Notes: a model not told the origin generated them from the sequence alone. A stretch of 64,000 bases of DNA from Phoronis australis (GCA_002633005.1 NMRA01000100.1:889822-953821); one strand, 5' to 3'; positions 12,368-26,100 are shown, numbered from the stretch's first letter. Numbers and translations are program-made.

Positions 12368-13455
12368 TATTAATCTTAAAAATTTATTGCATTTAATGGT
12401 TTTTACATTGAAACATTTTTTTTCAGTTATTAGATGGAAGTGGCCTGCTACCATCGAGTAATCAAACGGGCGTGTTGTTTAGTTTGATTTGCTCTCAAGA
12501 TATTGAGGAACTTATTAGGCTTTGGCATGCCGTTAAAAATTGCAGTATCAAAAATTGAACAATTTTCAGAAATTTCCAGCTTGTTATTTTGGTCTTAATT
12601 TTGAGTGAGCGCAAGTTACGAACAGGTTTCAGGCGTGTCGAAGGCATTCTTTTCAGCTTGTTTCATAATGACCATTACTAATATTTTATTATTATATGAC
12701 TTAATACGATGTAAACGCTTCAAAGGGTTGTAGATGGATCCTCAGGCAGGGTTGCACATACTCTAATTTGAGAGATGAAGATTGAACAGGTTTTGCTGCA
12801 TTTGTTTTGCCAGCTGCAATGAGCAAAAGCAAAAGCGAAAATTTTGCTCAAAACCAGTCGTTTTGCTTTGTCGCAAAATTTTGCTGCTGTATTCTGCGTG
12901 CATTTCCATTTTCACTGCATGCTAGCTTTTCCCCCAGGAAGGGGCTCTGTGAGAACCTCTGAAGATTTTCTTGTACCCGGAGTTGTCCTATTTGTTCTCA
13001 CTCCACTCATTGCTTATCTGGATGTTGTGATTGGTTTTCAGGGCATATGCACAAAGATTAGACATTACAGAACGCCCCAGGTTCATTAATATTTTGTTGG
13101 TTTTATTATTTTTTGCGATTGTATTTACACATGAAAAGAAATTTGTTTCCTTCAATTATTGTTGGATTTTACAAACATGTTAATTTTTGGTAGGATGCAC
13201 ACGCAACATTTCATTACTGGCCCACCTAACCACTAATGTCCCAGGGCGGTCAGTCTTCATTGCAAACAGTAGACCAGAGGCGTTTCCATTTACTCAGTCC
13301 TGTATCATGAGCACAGTCCTTTTTAACTGCTGTATCCATTTTCTCACGCATTTACAATTCTCGTTTTACGAACTACAATTTTTATTGCGAAAATTTTCTT
13401 TCTTCACGAACAACTGTTAATGTAGAACATCAGGAATATTGACTTTTAAAATAGC

Positions 13456-13631
13456 TTAGAAGACATTCCCAAAGAAATCGACCGCGATAGGACGTGTGGT
13501 GCTGCTTGCAGATGAACGTGTAGGTCTTGCATGTCGACGTCCCGCACAGACTGTCTGACGAGGGGCTTTTCCATCAAGTTCGTTCCGATTACGTGAAGGT
13601 TTCGTACATCTACCGTCATAGAACAGTACAT
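13456..13631 (-). pseudogene. Probable terminal exon of the minus-strand gene; looks like a frameshifted C-type-lectin exon
   Basis: ttttag| acceptor; phase 1 gives ...SCAG/DVLFYDGRC. A shifted frame reads YETFT*SERT*WKS...LCGTSTCKTYTFICKQ (CTL-like CY and FIC motifs). Minus-strand AATAAA at 13102-13107. Confidence 0.35.
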
Positions 13632-14479
13632 CTAAAATATGTGCGATAATACAGTTCATGCTTTGTTATCGTCACATAGATAAGGCCACCTGGCCAATGG
13701 TCGCACGCCATTCCAGTAAACCATTTTTTAGAAATTCTTTATGAAATGACATTTTTGATGGTCATTTCGTTGAAGGCACATCTTTTGTTCCATGGCCTTT
13801 TCCGCGTACAATAAAGCAAATCACGCTTGCGATCACTCAGTGCATGCCAACTGAGGATGACGTACTTTTACGTAAATCATAGGCCTAAGGGACATTAAAT
13901 CAAAGACACATATATAGTGTTCGGAACAGAAAATGTCAAAACCAATCTGGAGTTCAAATTGCATATCTTTTTACAAAACATTTGGAATTCAACACGGGGA
14001 GATATTCTAGGTTTAAAGCTCCACCTGGTTCTCTTGAACAGTTGGTGCGTGAAATCGTCTTCAGGTTGTGTAAGCCAGAAACGTACGTTCCAATTCCGCT
14101 TCACCTCCATCTTTTGTCAAGCTTCGGGGAGGCTTGAGGGCGATTCTCTCCATTCTCTATCTTATTAATGTAGCAGTTATCTGTGCCCTGAAATGTACTT
14201 CGCTTACACTTTATCAGAACTGAACGCCACACTTTCATACTCCAAGAACCGACACACAACTGCCGTGACAGGAGACAAAAACGCTACTTTGCTATTAGCA
14301 GACACAACATAATTGCGAACAACTATTTTGAAGTCGCACTCTGGGAGGGGCTCGAGTTTGAGCTGTTTAGTTGCTTTTAGAAAGTGGTCTCCAATCTAAG
14401 AAATCATTTTTGGTCCTAATCTTCATGGATGCCATAGCGGCGAAATATCAAGCCAAAAGATCGTATTTTCACTTCAAAA

Positions 14480-14720
14480 CTGTGATGAATTCGTCAAGAA
14501 TTAAAATCTTGCCAATATTTTTGAAAATCATGCTAATCTTGAAATCTTGCCAAGAATTTAAACCATTCTTGACATGATTTTCTAAAAATAGTGCAAAAGT
14601 TTTCAAATAATCTTGCTAACATTTCTAAAAATATTGCCAGTGTTTTAAAAAATCATGTTAAGATTTCGAAAATTTTCAAAAAATCTTGGCATGATTTTTG
14701 TAAAGTCTTCAATGATTTAT
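14480..14720. repeat. Degenerate ~20-bp repeat array (AAAATCTTGCCAAG-like), probably MITE-derived
   Basis: Recurrent AAATC(T/A)TG(C/T) units are visible. Confidence 0.45.
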
Positions 14721-15129
14721 AGTGAAATTAAAGCACGTCTTGATTTTTCATCGCTTTGGCATTCCATGCATCCCGCAGTGGTGAAAATTTTACACAAGTT
14801 TTGCAAAGTTCTTGGGTCTTGAGCAAAAGTGCTCCAAACTTAGCAGCTGGCAGGGGAGAACTGGGAAGGCACAAAATGTCACATTAAGATTTTCCTTAAT
14901 AATTAAATACTGATTGAACTTATTAAATGTTGGTGAGAACAGGTATAAAAAATGTATTGTAATTATCAATACAATTCTGTTGAACGAAATGTCAACTGTT
15001 GGGCGTTGTGTGTGAAGCAGTTACTGTTTAAATTTGGATTTTGTATTGCTTGGGAAATTCAGTTGGTTGGGCAATTTTGACATTTTTCGGCAGCCGTGGT
15101 ATGAGGTATTGTAGAATGTCAGTGAATTA

Positions 15130-15530
15130 GACACCCACAGAGTATGCAAACACCAATTACTTATTGAAAAGTTTGTCACGTGTAAAAAGTAGAAAACATC
15201 TGAAGGCTCAGATTGAGATGTTTAAATCATAACTTACAAAAAGAAAACGGATTAGACATTTCAAAATCACCAGAGATAACACATTATGTCGCACTGTTTG
15301 TGATCTACACGTTGGAGATGGATAACATTTTTTAATTGAGTGTCCATTTTATGACGATTTGAGAACAATTTTCAAGATAGTAAGCATGAACAGTGAAATT
15401 ACCTCAGAAAATGTCGTGATGAAGTGCGATATTTAAATTTAGCGATGTATTTGTTAACAGATTTTAACTGAAGAGATGGTGAAGATAAGTAAGTTTTTGT
15501 AGTGTACTTTTGTGCAACAAAGAAATAAAC
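15130..15530 (+). mobile_element. Degraded non-LTR retrotransposon 3' end
   Basis: Disrupted RLRL...RDNTLC..C...FLIECPFYDDLR, the cysteine motif C-terminal to RT, followed by AATAAA at ~15524. Confidence 0.55.
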
Positions 15531-15919
15531 ATTCTGAAATCCAGGAATATATCAATGTTGATAATGGCACCTATAGTTTCCTCTCTCTCTCAGGAAATTG
15601 GTAGCGACCTGAAGATTTGCATGTACAAAAATGTCACAATGTCAACCCAAGGCCTGAATGAACATCGCCACTAGCTAGATAAATCCCGGAAAACATGTGC
15701 GCTTGCATGATGCAACCCTTAGATTTTCCGTTAATCAACGATTCTCACCTCTCTGTGTTCTTCCAGCGTCTGTCATATCAGTCGTATCTTCTCGACGTCG
15801 CCGCTACCAGTTGTATCATTTGCCAGGTGCGCAGGATTTCCACTTCAAGCCCGTTTATAAAACCCATGTATACTATATTATGTTTAAAGCCCGTTCACTT
15901 GACTTTTTAACGCATTTTC

Positions 15920-16240
15920 TTTTCCCCCCATAATTCTGAGAGTCTTTTTGTCGAATTTCTTGCAAATTTTATTCACGAATGTTTTCAGTTTATGCAAGTT
16001 CTTTTCGCGAGACACTTCAGGATTTTTTCAGGAAAAGTTTCCTTGAGTGAGAAATGGAAATAAATCCGCAATTTCCAAAATTCCGGAAACAAATCCACAA
16101 AAAATCCCTCCAAAAAGACTCACACGAACTGGTCACTTACTTATCGCACGAATACAAAAATGTGGAATGCAAATTTTGCGGAAAAATCCGGAAATATCCG
16201 AAAAAAATTCCGCAGAAGACTCGCATGAAGGGGCCTTTTA
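15920..16240. repeat. Imperfect foldback/MITE-like element
   Basis: A T-rich left half mirrors an A-rich right half. Ends CCCC..GAGAGTCTT and AAGACTCGC..GGGG. Confidence 0.35.
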
Positions 16241-17206
16241 GGCATACAACGCCGACATCATTGGTCACAAATTAACCAAGCAAACCGGTGCTACAAGTAC
16301 TGTAAGCCTTTGATTATTTCCTTTTAACATGAACGCAACACCAATTCAATATGAAATACACCGACTGGATCATTTCGTAGTCAGAGGACTCAACGTGTGC
16401 CACTTCTTTTTCGGCCCTAATTTAAAAAAATGCCAAATGGGGATATTTCATACATGTACGAGTTCAGCCTAAAGTTCTTAACAACGTGATATGCATCGTA
16501 GAATTAGTGTCCTACGGTGAGAGGACACGCTTCTAAGAAAGAAAAAACTCTAGTCAGAAAACGGAAGTCATAAATAAATGATTTTAAGTAGCGGTTCACC
16601 GTTCCAAGAACATTGAGTTTAATTTTGAATGTTAAAAGTGCATTTCATTTCCAAATACGGGTAAGAAGGAAATTGCGAAATTAACTCTCAAAAATTTGTC
16701 TCGAAATTTCCATTCTGGTGATGGCATTGACTTCTGCCATTAGGGGCTATTAAACAGTCACTTGACATTTTAAAGTGGCACACAGGGACAGAAACTTTCT
16801 AAGCTTTTCAGACGAACGGCTCAATTAATCTTTATACCGGTGTGATCAACTGAAAGGCGCCCTAAACCGTCCTCTAACATTTTGAATATACTTCTGAAAC
16901 TGGGAACCCGCACAATCAGTCATTTCGTGACTTTCGTTTTCTGACTAGCGATTTTTCACAAAACCGTGTTCTGTCATTGCAAGACAAACATTCCAATTGT
17001 CAGGAATTTCCTATTGAACACATACACGAGTGAACCATGTTCTCAATTTCCTGGACGCTGGACGCGAAAAACAGATGGACACTTTTCGAATATTTCAAAA
17101 GGCGAGGATAGTTGACAAAGGAATCCCGACATTCTCTTTCACACCCACTGCACACGACAGTTCGTCAACACATCAATAATAAAAATGAAGTTAATTTACG
17201 ATTTCG

Positions 17207-17746
17207 GGGACAGATCCAGGATTTTGGACTGGTGAGCGATGGAAGTATATCAGACCGTGACTGAACCTACGTAATTAACAACAAAACATAGTAGGATAAT
17301 TTTGGAGCGTTTTGTATTCGGTACGAAGTTCGTCTACATCCGTGTGACGTTGCTATGTACATTACTACATATATATTTATTCAATAACTAGGCCTCCGAC
17401 TCTTGTTGCAATCAAATCCTCAAATACAGTAAATGTAGTACATATAACGTCGTAAGGAAAATGTCGAATACTAACTATTGTATCGAATAAGCTTGGTACA
17501 AATGACCACTTGTTTCTAATCACTGCATCATTTGTTGGGACAATTGAATATAAGTATTGAGCATGGATTCATTTTGAGGAACTAATTGTTCCAAGCAAAA
17601 GGAACGAAATTATCAATTTTGTATCAAGATGTGCCACATTTTCAAAGTGCAATAATTATAATCGGTAACTCTTGATTTGCAAAACCCTCTGCCTGTGGTA
17701 AGACCGTGAATTTTAGTCACCACGATATTAACCTGGATCCGCCCCC
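17207..17746. mobile_element. MITE with GGGGCGGATCCAGG-type TIRs
   Basis: GGGGACAGATCCAGG at 17207 and CCTGGATCCGCCCCC at 17732-17746. Confidence 0.5.
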
Positions 17747-17794
17747 GGATTTCAAGTAGACCGAATCTACAGAATTTATGGGATTACGCCTCAC

Positions 17795-17981
17795 CTGCAC
17801 ACGAGCTAACGTTTCTGTTTTCGGTTTGTGCGGATGAATAACTCAAACAACCCGAGAACTTCTGGAGGAGCCTGTCCAGAGCTTTCATGATCACTGTTTG
17901 AACCGAGGATTGGCATCTGTCAGCTACCTTACTGTGCATGATCAAGTAGACGTCGGAGTAGATGTAACGGCTTGGCTCTGT
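17795..17981 (-). CDS. Exon of the minus-strand REJ-like gene
   Basis: cttgcacag|ACA...G|gtgagg, 187 nt, phase 0 to 1. Encodes TEPSRYIYSDVYLIMHSKVADRCQSSVQTVIMKALDRLLQKFSGCLSYSSAQTENRNVSSCA, in frame with exon 19244-19036. Confidence 0.6.
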
Positions 17982-19035
17982 CTGTGCAAGACGTAAGAAC
18001 AACGTTGAAAACGGCCGCTATGTACATTTACTTCGTAAGAGTAAGACCCGCCATCTGGGGATGCTACCGCGTCTAACTGAACCACGGAGGCAGTGAGAAC
18101 AAATGCATCGTGTCGAGTGCAGGGTCATGTCCATGCGGTACTATGATAAGTGAAAAGATTGGTTTACTGTCAAAGAAAATTGAAGTGTCACTTGCCATTT
18201 ACTTGGGGATAAGGTTTTTTTCGAGTAGTTGATAGAAAAGCTACTTATGGATAATTTCGACAAACGTAGTTAGGCCACGCCTACCATAGTTACCGTTGCG
18301 AATGAGCCCCACAAGCGCGAAGCCAGTTGGTGTGGTGAAAAATTGTGCTAAATTTGTTTTTGATCATATTTCCCTAAAACCGTTGACGAATAGAGCCGCA
18401 TTATCAAAATGTGTATTGGGAAAGCAAATATACTGTTGCGCGCAGTGGCGGACTTTATCTGCAGTGATGCCAAGCCTACGAGCTCATTCACAGATTACGA
18501 TGACTGAGCCCATTGACACGCTGAAGCTGATCAGCCGTGACAAGCAAATTTCAGGAGCCTAGTGAACCAATAAGGATCCACCCGTAAGAAACAAGTTGAT
18601 ATATGTTTTATAACAGCAAGTAACAATCAAAAGGCGTGGGTTTACTAACCCTTCAAAAGATTTTAAAAAAACACTCGCCACATGTCGAACATTTATAAGA
18701 AGCTAAATCCAAAGGTTGGGCAGAAGACACTGCAGAAAAGCCGAGCGTCCACAAAGGCCTCTGCCATCTGACGAGTAATTGTCATTATATTAGTGTAAAA
18801 TGCTAATGTCCTGGTGATCACCAAGGGCGAACACAATACGACCCAACAACAAATCACACCATTAGAATACATGGTTCTCACGTTAGTAAGAAGGCAGATT
18901 TGTCACCAGATTAGGGATAGAACAATAAGAAAGCAGATCGTCTGCTGATTGTTCAGTACACATCTGACTATTTCAGACTGTGAATCACTAGACGTCCGCA
19001 CGGTATGTGAACGCTGTACTGAATCTAATACTTAC

Positions 19036-19244
19036 AGAATTCTGGAAAGACAACGCAGCTGTATGTAGGTATCCCGAGCACTTGGGCTCGTCTGCAAACG
19101 CGTATTCCTTAAGATATTTGCTGGATATCGCGTCAACATACATTGTCCTGCACTTCTCATCTGGATGAAATGGGTTTGTGCATCCGGTACAGAAAAATGT
19201 GTTCGATTTCCACGTAATCTTCAGGTGTACGTTTGTGCAATTCT
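19036..19244 (-). CDS. Exon of the minus-strand REJ-like gene
   Basis: ctcttttcag|AG...TCT|gtaagt, 209 nt, phase 1 to 0. Encodes (E)NCTNVHLKITWKSNTFFCTGC...CSGYLHTAALSFQNS with an open frame. Confidence 0.65.
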
Positions 19245-20090
19245 CTGAAAAGAGCAAGTGTGTTTGCAAGCAGTACTGGGGAAGAATTTTAAATAGTCAT
19301 TGATCTTAGTTCCGTCTCTAGGAATCTTGAAAATGTTTATGTAACTTTGCAGTGATTGAGCTCATGTAACTAATATTTTGCGGTGTGCAAATCTCCCCTA
19401 CAGGTAAAAGGAACTTTGTGAACAAATAAAATGGTTATGCGTGTATAAACTATGCGAGTATTGGGTTTGCATATCAATTTTTAATAAGAATCATCGCAAT
19501 TTGCCTTTTTAATGTTGATCTTGGACAAGGGTTTAGATTTGTCAAGACTAGAAAGTGGGCTACGTGAACAACTTTTTGTTATCGTCAGAGGTATCATTAC
19601 ACACCTGCCTAGACATTTGAGGACTGGGTAAGGGAAATACCTTCTGCGCAATGATTGGCGGCTGCCTTGACGTCATTAAAACAAAGGTAGGTTTTAATTA
19701 TTTTCACAGGCGTTGTTACTGTCAGTCATGAAGCAGAAGGCATTGTTTTGCTTATTGTTTGAAATAAAGGTTGTTTGCGTACTTATTTTTAATTCTAAAA
19801 TTCTATCATAGAAATTAATCTGTTTTCAAATCAAAATACATCAGTTTTGTAATAATTTAGACCTAAATTGCTGCAATATACCTTTAATTTTCATTTTTTT
19901 ACTGCAGAAAATTTCAAAGTTGATATAACTTTATATTACTCGTGAAATTCCGGCGATTTCCTTAAAAATGTGACACATTTGATTTCCTCTAAACCAACCC
20001 CAATAAGTTACCAATACAGTTAGAATCTTCAACGTATTTTCGGCTTAAAGGAAGCCGACCGCTCGCGGAATGCCGGAACATGAATAATAC

Positions 20091-20295
20091 CTGACAAACA
20101 GTTGCCTGTGAGGGAAAACTTTCGTGGTGCTAACTGTGGTGAAAGTTTTGGACACTTCGTTACTGGAGGGGGACTGATTGGAGTTCTTCTGTTCATTACT
20201 CCGTATTTTATTGCGGAGGAGCAGTCAACCAGCCTTTCAGGATTGTCTGACTTTAATGTCACGGTGGTTGTTGCAGCCACTGTTCTGGTGTCACT
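20091..20295 (-). CDS. Exon of the minus-strand gene; REJ (polycystin-1 family) module-like
   Basis: acttcag|AGT...G|gtatta, 205 nt. Encodes SDTRTVAATTTVTLKSDNPERLVDC...KFSLTGNCLS. With the next exon this gives R..A...V.....P...I/V.C ... SL.G.C...C.....W, resembling the recalled REJ pattern. Confidence 0.55.
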
Positions 20296-20668
20296 CTGAA
20301 GTATGTCAAAAGTATAATAAATGTTACGAAAGAATATAGTTCCAGTATAGTCTGTATTTATTATCTTCAAGTGCGATATCAATATATCACAACGCTGTTC
20401 AACTTTCTGTTGGTTTTGTGACAAAAATTTAACATTATATCATTAACACCACTTTCCCTGACAACAGTCCGTTCGATCTTGCAGAATTCTCTGGTTCCCC
20501 CATTCTAGTTTTGTTAAGCTTTACGTTGATTGAAACAATCCATAATGAGCGCTAATTGTTAACATATACTTACTTTTCGAAACTCCACACTAATTTTTAT
20601 ATCGACATCGAAGCACCTGTGTTCATAAAGTCTTAAGGCTGATAGAAGAACTACACTCAGACCCTCAC

Positions 20669-20749
20669 CGATTAGTCTGTACACTTGGTCACACTCTTGT
20701 GACACATCGGTAGCTAATGTCCATGTGGTATACTCGGCTACAATGCATT
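20669..20749 (-). CDS. Candidate exon resembling the C-terminal half of a C-type lectin domain
   Basis: gtctttccag|AA...G|gtgagg. Encodes (E)CIVAEYTTWTLATDVSQECDQVYRLI. Its exit phase (1) does not match the next exon I found (phase 0), so the link is unresolved. Confidence 0.4.
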
Positions 20750-21324
20750 CTGGAAAGACACAAGTGGGAATCTACGCCGCCATGCAGTAACTGATAAACC
20801 GTCAAGGTTATGGCGTAGAAAATAAGTATAATAATGAAATATCCGCCCATGATGACAGTAGACTTCACGTGGAACTTTCACGCTCATTCATTATCTCTGT
20901 TGGTCGCACAACATATAGTGGCGATGTGAATATGAAGTATTGCAAATTTCAGATTGCCCTCAAACATTAGCCAGAATTGAAAAAATAATTAGTTGGTGAC
21001 AGTGCTTTTGGACCACATTTTTGGAATTGGTAGGAAATTTGCTTTCAAGATGTAACGTTGGCTTATGACGTGCATCGGCATGGAATTGGGGGTTTTGGGG
21101 TGAAAAGTGCCTACTTTGGGCTTTTGTCCCTTTTTTCTTAGCCTACCTTGCCTTTTAGTAGGAGTGAAAGGGTCAAAACTACAAGAGAGAATAAACGTTT
21201 CGTGCTCATCTCTATGGCTTGTGATGTGAAATGACTCAAAACGTTCCATTCTTTGCACACAGTTTTCGACAGAGTGAAGAATGAGTGATCAGTCCATCGA
21301 CGTGTGTTATGTGGCCCCTCACCT

Positions 21325-23180
21325 CAGCGGAAGTCAGCTGATATCATTAGCATTGGCATAGTCGTGCGAACAGAGCGAGATTTCATATCGTATATGTGAT
21401 CAGACAAGATTACTGCGTAGCCTTGAAGTCAAGCATCCGCCATTGCAAGCATTGTCCTGTGAGCGTGTAATATACTCAACAGGGGTTTGTGATCTGTCAC
21501 TAATGTAAAGAGACGCCCAAACACATATGCAATATGCATAGAAGTAGACTCAGAAATATATGCCCAATGCTTCCTTGTTTTTCTGGCAATACCCATTTTT
21601 GGCCTTGGTAAGCCACCAAGAAGTGAAGGCGATCCACCCTGTTGTTTGTGCAATAACACGCATCCAATTTCTAGAATTAAGGATGTTTGAAAAGTCTTCG
21701 TCCAGCACTAAGTATTCTCGTCTTGTATAATAATTCGTAGAGGGTCATAGGACCCTACGCATTTTCAGGATGAAACAACGGTAATACAGGATGATTCTTC
21801 ATAAACAGGCTTCAAACTTTTGTTTCTAATTTCTTTTTCAATAGGCCGGGCAGGAACTTCAAATTTTACAGGCTGTCAATTTTATTAATTGAGTTCATGC
21901 TGATGCTAACTTTTTTATAGTAGCGTTTTCGGCTGTGTTCCAGGTGATTTCCCGATTCTCGTTGTATTTAGGGCACTGAAGTACAAGGAGACATGAAATT
22001 ATCTCCTTTGGCCTCCTTTTTCTTCACCATGCTCTGTATACAAGATTCAGATGGTTCACGGTGTCTTCCGAACTCGCGTCTAAAGGCAGATTGACAGTTC
22101 TTAAACGATACTGTCTGACAATACTTTTGAACTAGAAGCACGCAATGAGCGTGAAATTGACGTAGGCCTACTGCCGAAAAAAATGATAAGTTGTGATTAA
22201 CACATTTTCGCACCTCGTGCTGCAGCGTTTGTTGGCAATAGAATTGCGCAGATTGATGCAGTTTCTGGTGTTTGGCTCAACCAGAAAAAGAAATGATTTG
22301 CTAAAGTTTAGGCCCTGTTTCCGGAGATTCACCTTGTTGTTCACAAGGCCAAGGAAAGACGGTTTTATTGATGGTTTTCGGGTTTCAGGTCATTGATTGC
22401 TCCACCCATCTTAGATGATGTTTTGTGGAGCCCTTGTGCCTTGATGACGTGTCCAGACTATCAAGGTGGTTGACCTTAAGATTGTAGTTTTTCAGCTGAC
22501 CCAAAACAGTTGCCGGGTTAGTTAAGTGTTCGTCATCGCTTCACGCGCTAATAATCACGTCGTTCAGGATACAGGACGTAAATGGTACATTCTGCAGCAT
22601 ATAATCCATCACTTTGTCACGTGGCAGTGTTGATTGTTACGAAACCATTGGAACTGTCTTCCGTCCATGTGCTCATAAGCATTGGTAAGGTCAATCTTAG
22701 AAAATTTCTTTCCCCCAGGAGCGCGAAGATGTTTTCAATCTTGGACATTGGGTAACGTTCAACTGGTATGACAGGGTTTATGGAATTGTAATGTACCTAA
22801 TTGCATGCCACTGACAGGTGCCTCAGTTTGTTTGAACTCAATTTGAAGGACGTACTTTTGACCAAATGTTACCTGCATATGAACAATCTTGGGTGCCTTG
22901 GCAGTTGCACTGTCAAAGCCCACTGAGTTAAGCGTCTTTATTGTCTTTTCTGTTTCCTGGTGTGTCTAGGGTCAGAAGTTGGGATGCAGCTGTAGCATGT
23001 GATGAGCTATTTTTACAGTTTTTCATATCATTTCCGAAAAGCCTTCGTTCCGTTGAAGAAATTTGAATCCTTTGGTTTTGATAACTTGCCACTATGAAAT
23101 ATACCTCAACGTGTTCCTTATTGGGATGAGAAGTGATGTTGGGTCTTGCGAACGACTCACATCTCACCATGCTCGCCAAA
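21325..23180 (-). mobile_element. Degenerate Ty3/Gypsy LTR retrotransposon (gag-like, RT and RNase H fragments)
   Basis: RT: INPVIPVERYPMSKIENIFA..GGKKFSKIDLTNAY (~22670-22785), CILNDVII at the YLDD position, and FLGLVN. RNase H: FGRLFTLVTDHKPLLSIL followed by a degenerate LQ..A.ILS...YD segment (~21330-21525). Many stops and frameshifts. Confidence 0.8.
21786..22170 (-). mobile_element. Tc1/mariner fragment (DUF4817-like HTH) nested in the Gypsy remnant
   Basis: VLLVQKYCQTVSFKNCQSAFRREFG...PSESCIQSMVKK.EAKG resembles the mariner N-terminal HTH. A TACAGGATGATTC TIR-like end lies at ~21785. Confidence 0.6.
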
Positions 23181-26100
23181 TAATATGACGTAGCTTGGCA
23201 AGTGAACCTTTAAACATGGGCGCGGCGCAGCACTGAAAAAAGTGGGGGCTATAGCCCCCTCCCCCCAGCCCTTATGGTGCGCCGCCAATGTTTAAGCATC
23301 AGTTGTTTCCAAGCCCAGACACCACATCTATTTCAACTAAAGAACAATTGGAGACCAATCTCATGACGATAAGTAGTCTAGATCACAGGTTATTTGTGTG
23401 ACAGAGGGCTCGTTTATAGCGGGCGAAAGCTCGTTTCGTGATAACACTTAATCTAACAATAAACCGTTCACTAAATCTGCGTTCAGTTTCAAATAATTTG
23501 TCACGACGGAAATTAATTGTTGGAATGCGCATGCTCGACCGACGCGCCTTGCGTAGTTTACGATAACCTTCCACTAAAAAAGTTTTGTCAGTGATAGAAT
23601 ATCGACGCATTGTTTTTGCTTTCAGAAAAAAGGACATTTTTCGATCGGCAGTCATCGAAAATCCTTGGACGCGACTCCATGGCCGCAAGCCTGCTTGCTT
23701 TATGCAAGCCATTGTTAGTGTGCAACTGAACCCGGTAGCAGACATCTCAGTCGTAGGCCAGGTAAAATCAATGTGGTCACCGACACATTTTGAAATTTTC
23801 ACAATCCAACTTGAGTTTTTGGGGTCGTTTGCGCTTTACATCTGATAGACCTTGCTTCTCGGTCAAGTTGCACGTCGTGTTGAAAAACACTATGACGACC
23901 AAACACAAATCGCCTTCGCCTACTGCAACTCCAAATGAATTCCAAGAACGTGGCTTAAGCCACCACTGGAATGAAATTGTTAGAACACGAAAGTGTTTTG
24001 TGTGTCTTTTTTCCATTGTAAGTACGTTTCAATAAATGAATCTTGAACTGAGAACACGTCAATATGTGCCGTTTTTGTAAAGAATGAGACAAGTTTCGCG
24101 CTTCAGATGCAATATACTGTCTTGCAACTTCTTAGTTGCTAGCGACATTCGTCGCCGCCAGTCAACTTCATGCAATCTAAAATGGTGTCAATTTTCTGAC
24201 TGCATTCTTCCTTTTATGGAAACTTACTGATTTACTAACCGTTGAGATGTTCGTTTTTGCATTTTGAAAAGTCTGTATAGAATACACGAAACGCCATATA
24301 CTTGTTATTTTGTTACTTATCTGAGCCGTCATATAACCAGAGTCTTACAACTTGTACAAGGTAAGTGATGGTAACTATTGGGTTATTATGTCGAGATTCG
24401 TGATATGAAACCCGATTTCAACTAAGGCGGGGCCGAGGGGTTCTTTTCGAACTTTCCCCTACCCTCTTGTTGTCGCCTTCAAAATTGTGACCCAATTGTA
24501 TTTTCTCAGGACTTTTGACCCCGACATAAGGTTCTATGCCTGAAATAAATTAGCGAGCATAAGGTTTGAAAAAGGACACATGATTATTTTTGCTCAAAAA
24601 GTGCACTTAGAGCGAGTCCCCATAGATGAGGTGATTTAAGGTGTCCCTGAGCTGAAAGCCCTCGGGTAATTGCGTTGTCACCGATCGGAAGATCATATTT
24701 ATCTTTCCAATCATTAGTTTTATATGCTAATAATTGCTATTGGCAGAGAAGTTAACCTATATATGCGGCGACCGTGGAATGCTTTATTTTTTGAATTACA
24801 GTGCCCTAGTTCTATTTATAAACCTTACAAAAGTTGTACAAATCACGACAGCGGAACAACTTTATGATAAAACAGTCGGGTAAATGATATCTTTATAAGA
24901 TATTAATAACGAAGTGAATTATTTACGATGCTATTTTGCATGCCGTAAAACAGGACTCTCTGTATGAAGTTTATTATCATTTAATGGTAAGAGCGAAGCA
25001 TGTGCGATTTTTATCACTTCGTATGCAATAAAAACTGAGTTCGTTGTAAACATTTTATTATAATGGTAAGAACGAAGCACGTGCGATTTTTATCAGATTG
25101 TAAAATGGGAAGTACATTTTACAAATGCCCAAAATGAATGTTAAATGGGTTTAACCTAAATTAAATACACATTCAGGACGCCATGTACATGAAATTGGAA
25201 TTCGGGGTTTTTACCGATGACAGTATACTACAATTTCATTGTTTCATATGTCCGGCCTGAGTTTCGAGGTAAAGATTTTCGTTAAAATGAACCTTTGCCA
25301 TGTCACTTGAGATATTTTGTGCTCATAGTTTTGTAAAATGGTAATGTCGCATTGGGCTTCAGTGTTGCAGGTAACCATACACCATATTACGTAACCTCTG
25401 TCGAGTTTTTATTGTTACTTTGTGACGTACTGAAGAGAATGACCCGGTACTGGATTACACAACGACGTTTGAATCTCGTCGTGTGTACCCACAAAGCTGT
25501 AAAATCCGTCAAGCACTTCTTTGGAATTTCAAAGGTTATTTATTGGCACCTTGCTTTTTCAAGTCTTTCCCAACTGTATTCGATCTTGCAATGCCAGCAA
25601 AGTCTTATTGCCTTGCTTTGGGCTGCAACTCTGACGGCAAAAAGTTGGATAAATTTAAAGAAAAGCGTCCGCGGAAGCTATAACTTCCGACACGATTCTT
25701 AGCATCAGCCAGACAACGCATTTTCCTGTCTCCAAAACAAATAAGATTTCTTTCCGGGACCGTCGTATTGCCGGTTTGTTTTGGAACCCCTTTATGTTCC
25801 ACGTTCAGACCGGGTCTTTGGCGGTGCTACGCAAAACCGATCGTTGATCCAAATTTTCAGTGCGGAAATTGAATTCATGACTGTGACATACCTTACTGTA
25901 AAGGTAGGTTTTGAGTTGGTGGGAATACGATTGCATGTCAATACGGGAAAAATGATGCTCGATAGATCTAAGTGTCTAATTAACCCTCCTAAACTAGTGC
26001 GGGTGCAAGCTCTGCCCTACACACGTGTCCGCATGGTAAATTTCAAGAACTACTGAGAGAAACAAACAAGTTAAGTTTATTAAAAAATTCGTGGATTGTC

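Noticed and set aside
25591-25760. MPAKSYCLALGCNS as a THAP-domain start
   Set aside because: It stops after 30 codons and the remaining THAP motifs are not recoverable. Too weak to call.
25891-26053. Minus-strand segment with a strong acceptor and donor (ctctcag ... AAG|gtatgt)
   Set aside because: All three frames contain stops. It is probably a transposon-derived or non-coding exon.
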